A DNA stretch of 64,000 bases. Origin: Naegleria gruberi (lineage: Eukaryota). The stretch lies in the NCBI GenBank assembly GCA_000004985.1, contig GG738885.1. The stretch is one strand, 5' to 3'. Under the pieces are notes generated by a model. That model was given only the letters and a program-made list of their open reading frames with translations, did not search any database and was not told the origin of the DNA. Shown one piece after another: positions 1-11,774 of the stretch. Position 1 is the stretch's first letter. The number at the start of each line of letters is the position of its first letter. Position numbers and translations under genes: made by a program.

Positions 1-150
1 GTTATGGGATTTTTCACTGATATCTAGTAGACAAATGTTTGCTTGAACATAAATGACAAGTTTCCATCTATCTTGGCAATAGATAATAATCAGCACACTG
101 CGATTTGTTGTAAGATAATCATTTGAGTCCCCACAACATTCGAAAAAAAC

Positions 151-771
151 ATGTCACATGCCAACTTGACAACATGCAATGCAAATAAGAGTAGTTTGCA
201 TGCGCAATATTCATCGTGGTTGTGCACACCAGAGTTGAACTACTTTCTGCAAACAATTCATGATTCGTCTATTCCAAACTATTCCAATAACTTGACACAT
301 GCATGCTCGAATCGATCTTATTCAGAGGGTATCATTATGGATGAAGCATATATTGATACTCTCATTGATCTTGAGCTGAGGAATGTTCAATCTTCATTAG
401 GATTGGTTTGGAGTAAACTTTCCAATACATCAAACGATTTCACATTCGAAACAACATGTAACTCTGAGAATCTAACAACAACCAATATCATGATCAACAA
501 CAACTCCACATGCCACAAATATTCCAACAAGAACAATTCTAATACAAAGAAAGAAAAACAAGAGAAGAAACATCAACCACTTTCGAATAATTCCAAACTG
601 ACAAATAACATGTCTTTCCATCAGCCAGAATCTATAACCTTACTTGATAACAATAAGAAAATCTCAAAACAAAGGACGCCAAATTATCGTGTCAGATTTT
701 CACATAACAAATTTGAAGAAATTAGTTTTAAAAAATCAAATCCAAAAGCGAAATATATAATTTTCAAATAA
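151..771 (+). CDS. Hypothetical N/S-rich protein (206 aa ORF)
   Basis: Uninterrupted ORF. No recognisable domain. Low-complexity Asn-rich sequence, so it could be spurious. Confidence 0.25.
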   Translation: MSHANLTTCNANKSSLHAQYSSWLCTPELNYFLQTIHDSSIPNYSNNLTHACSNRSYSEGIIMDEAYIDTLIDLELRNVQSSLGLVWSKLSNTSNDFTFETTCNSENLTTTNIMINNNSTCHKYSNKNNSNTKKEKQEKKHQPLSNNSKLTNNMSFHQPESITLLDNNKKISKQRTPNYRVRFSHNKFEEISFKKSNPKAKYIIFK

Positions 772-901
772 TTATTTGATGAATGTAAATTAATTTATAG
801 AAATCCAATTGAGTAAATATGTAAATATTTAAAATTTTATCTAAATTGAGTAAAATTTTAAAGTAAAAAAGTTTAAAAAAGTAAAAATTAGAATTTCTAT
901 T

Positions 902-2407
902 TTAAATGATTATTCTCTTCTTAATGGCTTCCTTCTTTGCCAACTTTTCGAATTGAATTGTTTGTTTGAAACGATGATGAGTGTCAAGCATCAAAATGCA
1001 AATTTCAGATTCGACATCATCAAATAATGAATCAATCAAATGTTCGTTTTGAGCAGTGGCAAATAAATCCAAGTGATTCTTGACCTTATCGGTCATGTAT
1101 TTTGGCAGGTTGACAGATTTTTCACCTCTGACATCTAAATAATCTGTGTAGATTTCGAACGAAATTTCGTACTTCTTCTTTTCCACATCAAGTAAATCCT
1201 TTTCACTAAATTTCTTCTTTTTCTTCTTGTGATCTGTTGAATCAGAACCTGCATCACTACTTATTTCAGATGAAAGCTCGAACAAATATTCTTGAATGTC
1301 AAAACTCCTTTCACACAAAATTTTGTAATCTGAAATCTTTTCCAAAATTTGGAAGTTCTCAATGCTCAACTCAATCTGACAATGTTTTCTAAATAATTCT
1401 CTAGTAATTGGATGTTCCATTGTATCCATTAATAGAAATGCTCTCACTTGATTGAGTTTTCTATTAGTAGATTCATCCTTCTTGACTGATGCCACAAATG
1501 AAGTGACAATGACAGGAACTACCAATATAAGTGAAATCAAAATGACTACTAGTGAAATAGTAACCATAATGACAGTTACACTCTGACTATCCTTCTTGGT
1601 ATTATCCACATAGGAGACCATGATTTGAAATTCATCCTTATATCCATCAAGATAGGTTTGATATTGTTGTGAATTTAACAAAATCATGGCAGTTGAATAG
1701 TTTCCATTCATTGCTAGTCTGATAGCTCTTTGTTCGAGAAAGATGGCTTTGGAGGTTTCTAATTCTGCATTAGGTTTTCCCTTTAGTGCCACATTTCTAA
1801 TAGATTCTGGAACGAGTGCTTTAAAGTAAGCAGTATTGTTACTGAACTTTGACAGATAGGTATTGTACTTGGTTTGATATAATTGAGTAAGTGTTAAATT
1901 GTAATTGGAAAAGACTGAAGATCTGGCAGCTGCAATAGTTGTTTCTCTATAATAGTTAGTGTCAGAATCCAAATTATCCCACACATTGTTATATTCGTAT
2001 TGTAACACGAACGCAGCAATGATTAGACCAGCCAAAATGAGGAATGAAGTTAAATTAATAACTAGAGAACTCAAACTGAAAATTCTCAATGTTGAAAGCT
2101 GTAAAGTTCCTAAGCAAGTATTACAAGTGAGAATGACATCTGAATCTTTGCTCTTAACTGAAGAAGAACGTGGTGTTCTTATTGATGTAGTAATGGACTT
2201 GGCAGGTCCTTCTTCAGCAATATGTGAATTGGTAGTGGATGAATCATATTTTACACTTGCAAACTTTTTAGGAGGTTGCATTGGACTTGAAATTGGTGGA
2301 CTAGTTGCCAAATCGCTCGGAGAAGAACACTCTGCAGGAGAATGAAGGTTGACTTGACTGGTGCTCAACTCTTTGAGTTCTTGCAGTGAGCCACTGTTGG
2401 TGGTCAT
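902..2407 (-). CDS. Two-TM membrane protein with ~150-aa extracytoplasmic helical domain and C-terminal RGS (regulator of G-protein signalling) domain
   Basis: 501-aa ORF. Hydrophobic segments lie at ~aa 110-135 and ~275-300. The C-terminal region carries RGS hallmarks: ELFRKHCQIELSIENFQILEKISDYKIL, then KKYEISFEIYTDYL, then ICILMLDTHHRFKQT. It is a paralogue of the 21181..22869 gene. Confidence 0.7.
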   Translation of the reverse strand: MTTNSGSLQELKELSTSQVNLHSPAECSSPSDLATSPPISSPMQPPKKFASVKYDSSTTNSHIAEEGPAKSITTSIRTPRSSSVKSKDSDVILTCNTCLGTLQLSTLRIFSLSSLVINLTSFLILAGLIIAAFVLQYEYNNVWDNLDSDTNYYRETTIAAARSSVFSNYNLTLTQLYQTKYNTYLSKFSNNTAYFKALVPESIRNVALKGKPNAELETSKAIFLEQRAIRLAMNGNYSTAMILLNSQQYQTYLDGYKDEFQIMVSYVDNTKKDSQSVTVIMVTISLVVILISLILVVPVIVTSFVASVKKDESTNRKLNQVRAFLLMDTMEHPITRELFRKHCQIELSIENFQILEKISDYKILCERSFDIQEYLFELSSEISSDAGSDSTDHKKKKKKFSEKDLLDVEKKKYEISFEIYTDYLDVRGEKSVNLPKYMTDKVKNHLDLFATAQNEHLIDSLFDDVESEICILMLDTHHRFKQTIQFEKLAKKEAIKKRIII

Positions 2408-2586
2408 TTATGATTATTTTTTTGAGTTGTTAAATTGATTTCAATGAAGGTAACGCATTGGTTATAAAGGCAGTCAACTTGGGAAACGTTAAACATTGTA
2501 CAGTACAAATTAAAAATTGTGCTGTAGAAAATGGTGTCGTTGATTTGGTCCTTTGGTCAAGAAATTTTCATTTGGAAAGCATGTTT

Positions 2587-3296
2587 CTAAAAACGGACTA
2601 TGCATTGTGCATGAATTCTATTTTGATTTGTAATTAATTCAAATGTCTTTAACCATTCATTGGCTGGTTCAGTTGCTTGGTTTCCTTTCAAGATCATTTC
2701 TTTTCCAATATATTCAATAATTAAAGTAAAGGCAGGAGTAGGCTCTATTTGTTTTATTCCAACCTTTTTTTAACAATTGAATTAAATTCAGAAAAGTGAT
2801 TGCAGAAGCTACTTAATTTCAGATAGAGCATGAATAAATGTCCAAGCAAACCTCCAAACCTTTCCGAGTGAATTAATTTACATGATTTTTCACTTTCTTC
2901 AATGACTTCAAATGTGTGTTCACCAGTGAAGAGAGGGAAATATTTCCAACCCATGACTCCTTTCCATCCAAACACAAAGTGTCCCTTTTGTTGTGGACTA
3001 GATACTTGCCATTTCCATAACTTGGCATTCATTACATTATCTTCAGTGAGAATGGAAACTTTGAATGGCAACATTTGAAGATGAGAAGCATAGGCAAGAT
3101 TTGGATCGGAAACCAATCTCTTTGCAAATACTTGTTCCAATTCCAATCCTTCTCCTAGAGGTTCCCATTTAACAACCATTCCCATCGGATAATGTTCTCT
3201 CTTGGTAATATATTCAAATACATCGGAAGCAGGCTTATTGATGGTAATAGTACTGCTAACAAGTTTGTTCCAAAATTCAACCTTTGCACAATTCAT
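2587..3296 (-). CDS. SRPBCC/Bet v1-like (polyketide-cyclase/START-like fold) small protein, probably 2 exons
   Basis: ORF 2754..3296 reads like a Bet v1-type fold (W/F/G-rich, ...FVFGWKGVMGWKYFPLFTGEHTFEVIEE...). An open frame upstream on the same strand, after a probable ~95-nt intron, continues ...VGIKQIEPTPAFTLIIEYIGKEMILKGNQATEPANEWLKTFELITNQNRIHAQCIVRF with its stop at ~2587. Confidence 0.45.
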
Positions 3297-3725
3297 TTCT
3301 CTCTACAATTTCTATGATATACTAATCAATTCAACTGATATTATTCAGTTCAACTCAATAATTTACAGTTATTTTTTCTTGATGAAAACTGCAAAGCGAG
3401 ATTCCAAGCATCTATTTATGCATTTTTTTAAGGCGCACCTTTTTGTTTTTGGCGGTATGAAGGGCGACTTGGCTAAGAGTGCGTCTCAATGTTCATTAAC
3501 AAGTGTCCTTTGCTGTAAATAATTACAGTCATGTAGTGTTAATAATACTTCAGAGTGATTGCATAAATCTACCAACAACATCATGATGGTAGATTGTGCA
3601 TTATCTTGTTATTCCATGTTTTGTTTGGATATCAACTCTTTAAAATCAAAAAGCTCAAATAGGTTCATCCGAGAATCTTCTTGTTGTGGTGTGGTGATAA
3701 CATGTAATGTGCCAAGATGATGGTT

Positions 3726-4601
3726 TTATTGATTTGTTGTCTTTACACTGGTCATCCATGTCAGAATGTATTCCATCAACTGCTGTTCTGTTAGATTTTC
3801 CAATTGTTGTGGTGGTAACGGTACCATTTCATTGTTACTTGTTGCATTCTTAGTATTTGCATTCGTTGTTGCATGTTGGTTGGATTGAAATTGTATTGGA
3901 GAAATTTGCTGGTGATGTTGCATTATCAAACTACTTGTTGGAGAAGTAACAGGACTATTATGTACATTAGGATAAAGTGCATGTTGTTGTGAAACACCAT
4001 TAGGTGGAGTGGAAGGTTTCGAAGATGGAATAACATGTTGAATGTTATTACTCAGAATTGGAGCTTGTTGTTGATGTGCATTGCTCGTTTTACACACATC
4101 AACATTGGGATCTTCACCCAGAAAGACCTTCTTCAAGAAGATTTCTCTAAATTCCTCTGGTGGCATAGATTGAAAGTAGGACTGTGTTGTCGGAGACGTA
4201 TTGTTCACATTACTCCCAATATCAACATTGTTTTCAATAACATGTTGATGAGTTGGTGAAGTATTCTGAAAAGGTACATTCGTATTGCTATATTGAACAG
4301 ACATTTTTGGTTGAAGGAATTGAAAACAATGCTGCCTATTAATTACATGATTTCCAAACTGTTGTTCCTGTTGATATTGTTGCTGTTGTTGGTAAATTAA
4401 AACATTCTTCTCATTTCCAATAATCCCATTCGAAGGTGGTATCTGAAAATTTGTATTGACCAAAGAAATTGGTGACGTGTTATTCTTATTACTCCTAGTT
4501 GTTGAAGTCCTCCCATGCCTATTATTGTTATTATTAAAAAGGGAAGGATTCGTCGCCGAATTATTAACACCTTGTTGTTGTGATGGTTGTTGTTGTGGCA
4601 T
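3726..4601 (-). CDS. Q/N-rich low-complexity nuclear-type protein (291 aa)
   Basis: Long ORF with poly-Q/N tracts. It may extend into upstream exons (4600-6400 has no long ORF). Confidence 0.45.
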   Translation of the reverse strand: MPQQQPSQQQGVNNSATNPSLFNNNNNRHGRTSTTRSNKNNTSPISLVNTNFQIPPSNGIIGNEKNVLIYQQQQQYQQEQQFGNHVINRQHCFQFLQPKMSVQYSNTNVPFQNTSPTHQHVIENNVDIGSNVNNTSPTTQSYFQSMPPEEFREIFLKKVFLGEDPNVDVCKTSNAHQQQAPILSNNIQHVIPSSKPSTPPNGVSQQHALYPNVHNSPVTSPTSSLIMQHHQQISPIQFQSNQHATTNANTKNATSNNEMVPLPPQQLENLTEQQLMEYILTWMTSVKTTNQ

Positions 4602-6488
4602 TTGTTTTAAAAGTTTAAATCTTGATGAGCAAGTAGCTACATTTTCATATCAATAACACAGTAAAGGAAGTGAAGGAAACATGCAATGATCCAAATTGCG
4701 AAATCGTTCAATGACTTCCAAACGAAGAATTATTCAAAAGAAGAAACTTGTCCAATTGACCATGTCCTTGCTGAATTCCCCAGATATCATTAATTCGTAA
4801 AATAGATTCTGACATGATAACGAGTTCGAATAATTGTGGTGCCAATAACCATGTTCATTGCGTTACTATTCCTCAAAAGTAATATTAAACGACCGAACTT
4901 GCCTAAACGAAACCTAAAGAATCCAACCATCTAAAGAACAATCATTACATTTGAACTGACCATCAAATAAAAAGGAATATCACATTATCTAGATAGTGTA
5001 TGCGAATTGTAAGCAAAATCATGTCAGGCGTTGTTATCACCACAATTAAATCCTACATTAAGTGCGAGTATTGTATACAACCAGCATGTTGTTGTTGTTA
5101 TTCATCATCATCGTTAAATATCATTATGTGAGAAATTTCCAAGTTGTTGTACTTGATATTGGCATGTTCATCAGAAGAGATCTTGTTGTTGAAGATTCCA
5201 AATAAAGGGTCTCTATAATGTAATGTCAGAAATTAACCGAAAATAATTTTGTTGTGGGTTAATGATCATGTAATTGCTGATGAAGTTATTGTTGATGAAG
5301 ATGTGCTCCAACACACACAAATTACATATAATCTCACCACATGGACAATCTAAATCAATGAATGTGATTTTAGCTAAAATACCAACACATAAACATGATG
5401 TAATTTCGCAATAATTATCTGACGCCATATGTGAAGGAACATGGGAGGAAACACCAACCACAAACAAATGTTATTTCCACCACAAAACCACATCTATTTC
5501 TCTTCGGAAGCAGGCACATCAAACAATTAAAGGAGTAAATAGTCTAACATCATAATATTATACTGAGTAAACAATTCTTTTCGCAAATGGCAACAAACTT
5601 GTTGGAGATGTATTTTTCTGCTCTCCAACAACAAAGTTAATATAAAGTTGTTTCAACCCAAGCATACAAAATCATACAAATATTACATATAATTTTCATC
5701 GTGCTTATCATCATCAACCATATTATTATTGTATATTATTATTTTTTGTATGTAAACAATAACGAATGATCACATAATACAACCACACATCCATCTACAC
5801 AAAAAAACCACATAGGAATTCATACAACATTGCAAAAACCATTACTTCAAGTATGGTCATATCATCATTATCATCACTGTGGTTAACTCTCTCATGGGTA
5901 TCCACTACTCATCTCTCCAGAAGAACAAAAAAGATAACTTGCTATCATTGATGACGTAATTTTTTGTTATTTACTCAGCAAATTGAATTTCCGTTGCTAG
6001 AGAGATCCTCTTCCTGTGAGAAAACAGTGGTGAAGTTCAAATTTGGGTACGTGACCGGTTTGGGAAATTTTATTAATGTGAGATTTTGAAAGAGGGTTTG
6101 AATTTCCAAGGTATTATTCGTGGTGGGTAAAGTGGAATGTGAACCTGATTTCATCTGTTGATGAACTACAGTTGTTGTAGTTGTGATGTAAATATTGAAA
6201 ATGTCAGTGCTCAAGTTTATTTTACAGAGCTCTTGTCAATGGTTGTAAAGGAATGTCCAAAACTTGAACATCTCCAAATCATAACTTGTGTTTTCATTCC
6301 TCCTAACTGCAGATTTTAATCATAAAAACTCTAATTTTTTAATTAAATGTCTTTTGACAGCATCAACTTAAAAAGGGCAATTAATGTTCCAAATTTGTCT
6401 ATCTTTACAGCTTGTTATTGATTGGGACATATAGAAGTCTGTTTTCGTTATATAACATTTATAGGAGAGATCTCTTGGTATACGAATA

Positions 6489-7013
6489 TTGAATATTCAG
6501 TTTCTCTTTTTCTTGAAGAACTGCTTTCAAAAGAATATTAAGAAGAAAAAAATAGAAAAAAACAAGATGAGCATTCAGTGTAGACTTCAGAAAGGTCAAC
6601 AAGATTCGAATATTATTCAAGATGACACATTAATGCAAATTTTTAACCAAACTAAACATAACAAAAAGAAGATTATCAAACAGAACGAACAACAATTCGT
6701 ATGGAAACGATTCAATACATTATTCATTGATTATTTTCAAGAACCAAAAACAAAACGAAAGACATCTGACATTAGCAAACAAGAAATTTTAAAAGTATTA
6801 CATCTTACTCAAAGACAGGCATGTAAACAACTTGGATGTACATTATCCACAATGAAAAGAAGATTTTACGAATTGAAATCTGATCTTGGTTTGAAATGTT
6901 GGCCACAGAATTATAATGAAATTTGTAACTTGCCAATATTTCCAAAAATTTATCCATTGAGTTTGAGTTTTATCTTGAATGCTTCAAATGACGAAACGAG
7001 TAAATCTGAATGA
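6489..7013 (+). CDS. Small RWP-RK-like domain protein, paralogue 1 of a 4-gene tandem array
   Basis: The C-terminal domain ...ISKQEILKVLHLTQRQACKQLGCTLSTMKRRFYELKSDLGLKCWPQNY...IFPKIYPLSLSFILN aligns with the RWP-RK core (L..L...AA..LG...T.LKR.CR..GI.RWP.RK). The real start is probably the internal Met at ~6564. Confidence 0.6.
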   Translation: MNIQFLFFLKNCFQKNIKKKKIEKNKMSIQCRLQKGQQDSNIIQDDTLMQIFNQTKHNKKKIIKQNEQQFVWKRFNTLFIDYFQEPKTKRKTSDISKQEILKVLHLTQRQACKQLGCTLSTMKRRFYELKSDLGLKCWPQNYNEICNLPIFPKIYPLSLSFILNASNDETSKSE

Positions 7014-7825
7014 ATGATTCAGGATTATCAACTTGACCAAAAATCAGTCACATGCCAATCCATCAAAAAAAACCAACTTGCTAACAATAATCATCAATAA
7101 AATGTAAATAAACACAATCTTAACTCTTTCCAAAATATAAAAATTTAATTTTTTTCATTAATAAATCCAAAAAACAACAATTAAGCACACAACCAATCTC
7201 ATAGACAAAAATACAGAACTATTTGACTCACTATTTAAAATTGGACATGCAAGTTTGGTTGTTCCACTAAAACTATATAAAATTAAAGAACCTCTTTCTG
7301 ATTCACCAACAAATTTCAAAGTTGGTTTTTCAGGACAGTAAAAGAAGGAGTGTCAACTGTATGTGTATTGATCTTGCTAATAATTCATCCACTAATAATT
7401 GGAAGAATTGGAGAAACTCATACCCTGGACTCTTCATTATTTCCAATAAGAAACTCTTCGAGTATCATCAGACGTAAAATTGACTTGTTTTTTTAGTTTG
7501 AAATCTGTTGATTAAGTGAGCGATATTTGGCCCTAGTTCCAACTTAGTACGAAATCAAATCACTATCATTTCGAATAGGGTAATTTCGAATAACCTATAG
7601 GAAATGTGATTCATTGCATCTATGACTATCATGTAAATCTCTCTATTACTTAAAAATACAACAAAATTAGCATAATAGATTTTGTATTGTGGTTGATGGC
7701 ATTTCAAAGCACATCAGTTTGACATTTGGATGTAATTGTTACCTCTCTGTAGATGTCATTGCACCTAGTTGCAATAACTGTTCTGAATATTCTGAATATT
7801 TTTATGAATAATAAAAACAAACAAA

Positions 7826-8236
7826 ATGAGCTCTGTAAATAATTCCACCATGATTAGAGACACTTTGACAATGCAAATATTTGGCTCAGCAAAATCCACG
7901 AAAAAGGGCAAAATTCAATCAGCTTCTGACTGTCAATTTGTTTGGAAGAGAGTTGACACAAACTTTGGTGTATTTTTCTTGGAGAAAGATCTCGAATTTA
8001 GGTCAAAAAGAAAGACAACTGACATTAGCAAACAAGAGCTCATTAAAGTTTTACATCTTTCTCAAAGACAAGCTGCCAAATCATTGAATTGTACATTATC
8101 AACATTGAAGAGAAGATTTTATAATTTGAAAGAAGAATTTGGAATGTCAACATGGCCAAAGACATTTAAGGAAATAAGTCACCTGCCAATTTATCAGAAA
8201 ATGTATCCAATGTCTTTGAATTTCATCCTCAATTAA
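7826..8236 (+). CDS. Small RWP-RK-like domain protein, paralogue 2
   Basis: ...ISKQELIKVLHLSQRQAAKSLNCTLSTLKRRFYNLKEEFGMSTWPKTF...IYQKMYPMSLNFILN. Same domain and same orientation as the other array members. Confidence 0.65.
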   Translation: MSSVNNSTMIRDTLTMQIFGSAKSTKKGKIQSASDCQFVWKRVDTNFGVFFLEKDLEFRSKRKTTDISKQELIKVLHLSQRQAAKSLNCTLSTLKRRFYNLKEEFGMSTWPKTFKEISHLPIYQKMYPMSLNFILN

Positions 8237-9069
8237 CTGAAAATATTCCAACATACATGCTTGCAGTAACTTATCATGTGCAAGAGATGAAAATTATCAA
8301 CCTACGTTGACAAGTAGACGAAACTTTATTTGCCAGAAATTGGACAAACTTTAGATTTAAAATTCCATGAAATGTAATTAAATGTAATTAATGAATAAAT
8401 TGTTGGACGAACGAAACAAATGTATTGAACACATGCCCTTGTTAGTTGTTTTCTCACTAACTATTCGAAAAGCGTCAACCAAGATATATTGAGCTCCATA
8501 AATTTCACCTCTTTGATACATCAATACTAATACAGAGATTATATTTACTATTAGTGGATCTATCCTCCTCAATGTCTAGTTCATGTAGTATTGTTGAATA
8601 TTCATTAGCACAGATAGTTGTCCTGTTCTTCACTACTGAGTAGAATGCAAGATTAAAGTGTTTGTACATGTACTAATGGTATTTCGTCTATCGTTATTGG
8701 AAACATGAAGTTTAAACATAAATCATGAAATAGGCAAGAGGAATTACATACCTCCCTTTCCAATCTCCTTTTACATCATGAGAGGCTTTTATAAAAACCT
8801 CCTTTCTAATTCGATTTTGATTCGAACAACTTGTTAGAAACTGATTTGGAGTAAACTTGCAATTTTGTATGAAATTTGGCAAAGGCCGAGGATTGAGCCA
8901 ACAAAGCTACTGGAATATTGTTGTTCCTGCTGTTCTCAAAATGTCAACATCTTTACCTAGTTGACATTTAAGGAAAAACGACAAGAGACATATTTTTAAT
9001 AAGGAAACTATTATGACCAGAAGAAAGAATGGAAAGTTATCATTCTGTTCATTTAACAACCATTAAAAA

Positions 9070-9546
9070 ATGAACAGACAAGCTACCGGCATTACCAAAC
9101 AATCCAAACGAAACAATAGTTCACTTTCGAATAACCGATTCCATACAACGCATGTTTCGTCATCCACTTTTCCCAACACCCAAACAACCTCTCCACTCTC
9201 CAACACCATTTCCTCCTCCCAAATCATCTGGAAACAAGTCAACTCTCCCTCTGGAAAATACTTTAAAGAAAGCGCGCCAAAAGATTACCGAAAGTCCAAA
9301 ACCATTTCACAAGACGAAATGATTCGTGTATTGCATTTATCCCAAATTCACGCCTCAAAAATCCTGAATTGCAGTTTATCGACATTGAAGAGAAGATTCT
9401 ACGAATTGAAAAACAATTTTGGGCTCAAGTCGTGGCCTCAATATTTTAGAGAGGTGAGACATTTGCCGATTTTTAAGCAAATGTATCCGATGAGTTTGAC
9501 ATTTATTTTGAATGTTGATGAGGAAAAGGTGGTGAATGAGGAATAG
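9070..9546 (+). CDS. Small RWP-RK-like domain protein, paralogue 3
   Basis: ...ISQDEMIRVLHLSQIHASKILNCSLSTLKRRFYELKNNFGLKSWPQYFREVRHLPIFKQMYPMSLTFILN. This is the member closest to paralogue 4. Confidence 0.7.
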   Translation: MNRQATGITKQSKRNNSSLSNNRFHTTHVSSSTFPNTQTTSPLSNTISSSQIIWKQVNSPSGKYFKESAPKDYRKSKTISQDEMIRVLHLSQIHASKILNCSLSTLKRRFYELKNNFGLKSWPQYFREVRHLPIFKQMYPMSLTFILNVDEEKVVNEE

Positions 9547-9972
9547 TTGAGATTAGGTTTAGAATAGAGATAGTTCTGTAATTTTTGAAGAATATGGAAG
9601 ATAGATGAGAGAATATTTGTAAAATAATTTATTAATAAATCAATTGAAAACTGTAGATTTACAATTGTTGTGTTGCCAAATAATTCAAATAAAGCAATGA
9701 AGGTTTCGGAAAGTCAACCGAAACTATGTGAGAAAGTCCATCAATTAAGAAAACTCTTTACAAAACAAATATTGAGATGGAATGCATTCCCTACCCATTC
9801 TGCAAATCAAGGTTACGAAAACACAATATTCTGCAATCAACATCCATTCAAAGATCTGAGAATTTCTTAAAAGGAAAGATTCTCTGATTGACGGCTGCCA
9901 ACAGTCACAGAAATCAATAAAAGCAATTAAATTGGGTCCATCTCTCGCTTTTTAAAATCCAACCATCAGTTT

Positions 9973-11486
9973 TTGATATCTCATTCAATAACATTAAAAA
10001 AAATGGTCAACCATCTCATAATCTTGTCACTTGCCATTCTACTATTCATTTCCTCAATTTCCTGCCACATGGAAATGAAACTTCCCTCCCCACGTAAAAC
10101 ACTTCCAACAGGTGGCACCGATTACGATATGAGTTCTCCCCTAGGAGCTCAGAAACCATTTCCATGTGGTGGCAAAACCTCACTCTCCTCAATTACCACC
10201 TGGAATGCAGGTGAAACTGTTACAATCAATATCGAAGGTGGTGCCCCTCATGGTGGTGGACATTGTCAGTTTGCAATCTCTCCTCGAAGTGATCAGAAGA
10301 GGTGGATTGTTTTGGCTGATAATTTGGGAAGATGTCCATTGGATAAGAATTATTCATTCAAATTGCCAGGTGAGGTTCCAAGTGGAGATTATGTGTTTGC
10401 TTGGACTTGGATTAATGCTGTTGGAAATAGAGAGTAAGTAGTAATGGAATAGTTTGGTTTCTAATATTTTTAAGATATTACATGAATTGTGCTGATGTGA
10501 GAATTAACAATGGAGGAACTAAATTTGAAGGTAAACAACTCCTAGTAGCCAACATTCCAGATCCAAATCTTTCAGGATCATCCGTTTATTTCATTGGAGA
10601 AATTGGTGAATTCCCAAATAATCCAACTTTTGCAACTGACAAATTTCCACAAAGACCTGCTCTGACATTGACAGCAAGTGGAATTCAAGGAGGTGGAGGC
10701 GGAGGAGGCACAAATCCAACCAACCCAACCAATCCTACAAATCCTGGAATGAACAGCACTTGTAATTATTTCCTTGTTTCAGGAGATACCTTAAATGCAA
10801 TTGCTTCCAGATTTGGAACTACCTTATCTGTTATATATTCATTGAATCCAACAATTACTGATCCTACCAAGTTGCAAGTTGGTGATAAAGTTGTGTATCC
10901 ATGTTCTGGTCAATCTAGCGGTGGTTCTGGAAATACAGGTGGTGGCAGTTCAGGAAATGGAAATGGCTCTGGAACTACCAATACTTTTGGCTGTGTCTAC
11001 TCATGGACAATCATCTCAAAATTCAATGATACTAAATTAGGATTCATTGGAAAATTAAATGTCCAAACAAGTCTCGCACAGACAAACTGGAATATTGCAT
11101 GGACATTCCAAAAAGGAGGAATTTCTGCATTCAAATTGAGTAGCCAAACTTTGACATCTTCTGCACTTTCTCAGGTTGCTATTAAGGGAGAAACTCAAAT
11201 TGAAGCAAATAAGGTCATGTCCATTACGGTTTTCGGGGTTGGCGGAGTTTCAGATTCAGAAGCATTGTTTGTGAATAATGAGAGATGTACCAAGTCATCG
11301 AGTGCTGATTTTGAACAAACTAGTAATTCAGCTCCGGTGTTGGATTGCAAGTCAACTCCGACAAATTGTAAAGATTCATGTTTGGAACAGTATAATCAAT
11401 ATTGTGCTAGCTCTGGAATTGTAATTTGGAGGGGAATGAGTGCAATTATGACTGGATTGTTGATGATTTATTTGTTTGTATTGTAA
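9973..11486 (+). CDS. Secreted LPMO-like (N-terminal His, AA11/AA9-type motifs) + LysM domain protein with C-terminal GPI-anchor-like signal; 2 exons (intron ~10434..10474)
   Basis: Signal peptide MVNHLIILSLAILLFISSISC is followed directly by HMEMKLP, a His-1 as in LPMOs. A second His lies in HGGGHCQFAIS. Exon 1 ends ...VGNRE at a GTAAGT donor (10434). Acceptor AG at 10473-74 joins in frame to YYMNCADVRI (AA9/AA11-like Y..CA[QD]). Then come a G/TNP linker, a LysM domain (CNYFLVSGDTLNAIASRFGTTLSVIYSLNPTI...LQVGDKVVYPC), a G/S linker, a Cys-containing module and a hydrophobic C-terminus. Confidence 0.6.
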
Positions 11487-11774
11487 ATATAAAGATTCTT
11501 ATTGGAATAGTTTAGAATAGTCATGTTTCTTTTATGAAATGGAGATTTTTAGGTGAAGAGATGGCATGGAAAAGGAAATAGTTGAAATTTAACCAAAGTG
11601 TCATATTAATACTGAAATTGTTTAATTATGAATAATAGTTGACAGATTGACATTTAAGGATGCATCAAGGAATGTCATGAATTTTAAAAAAGGTATTTAA
11701 AATATTATACGAAACCTTACCTCACTTTTTAATGTTAGACAGAACACATTTCAAAGAAACCTAAACGAAAAACA

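Noticed and set aside
1959-2345. 128-aa + strand ORF
   Set aside because: It lies wholly antisense inside the well-supported 902..2407 RGS gene, so it is a shadow ORF.
10166-10441. 91-aa + ORF
   Set aside because: It is the other frame of exon 1 of the LPMO-like gene. The motif-bearing frame (HGGGHCQ...) is the real one.
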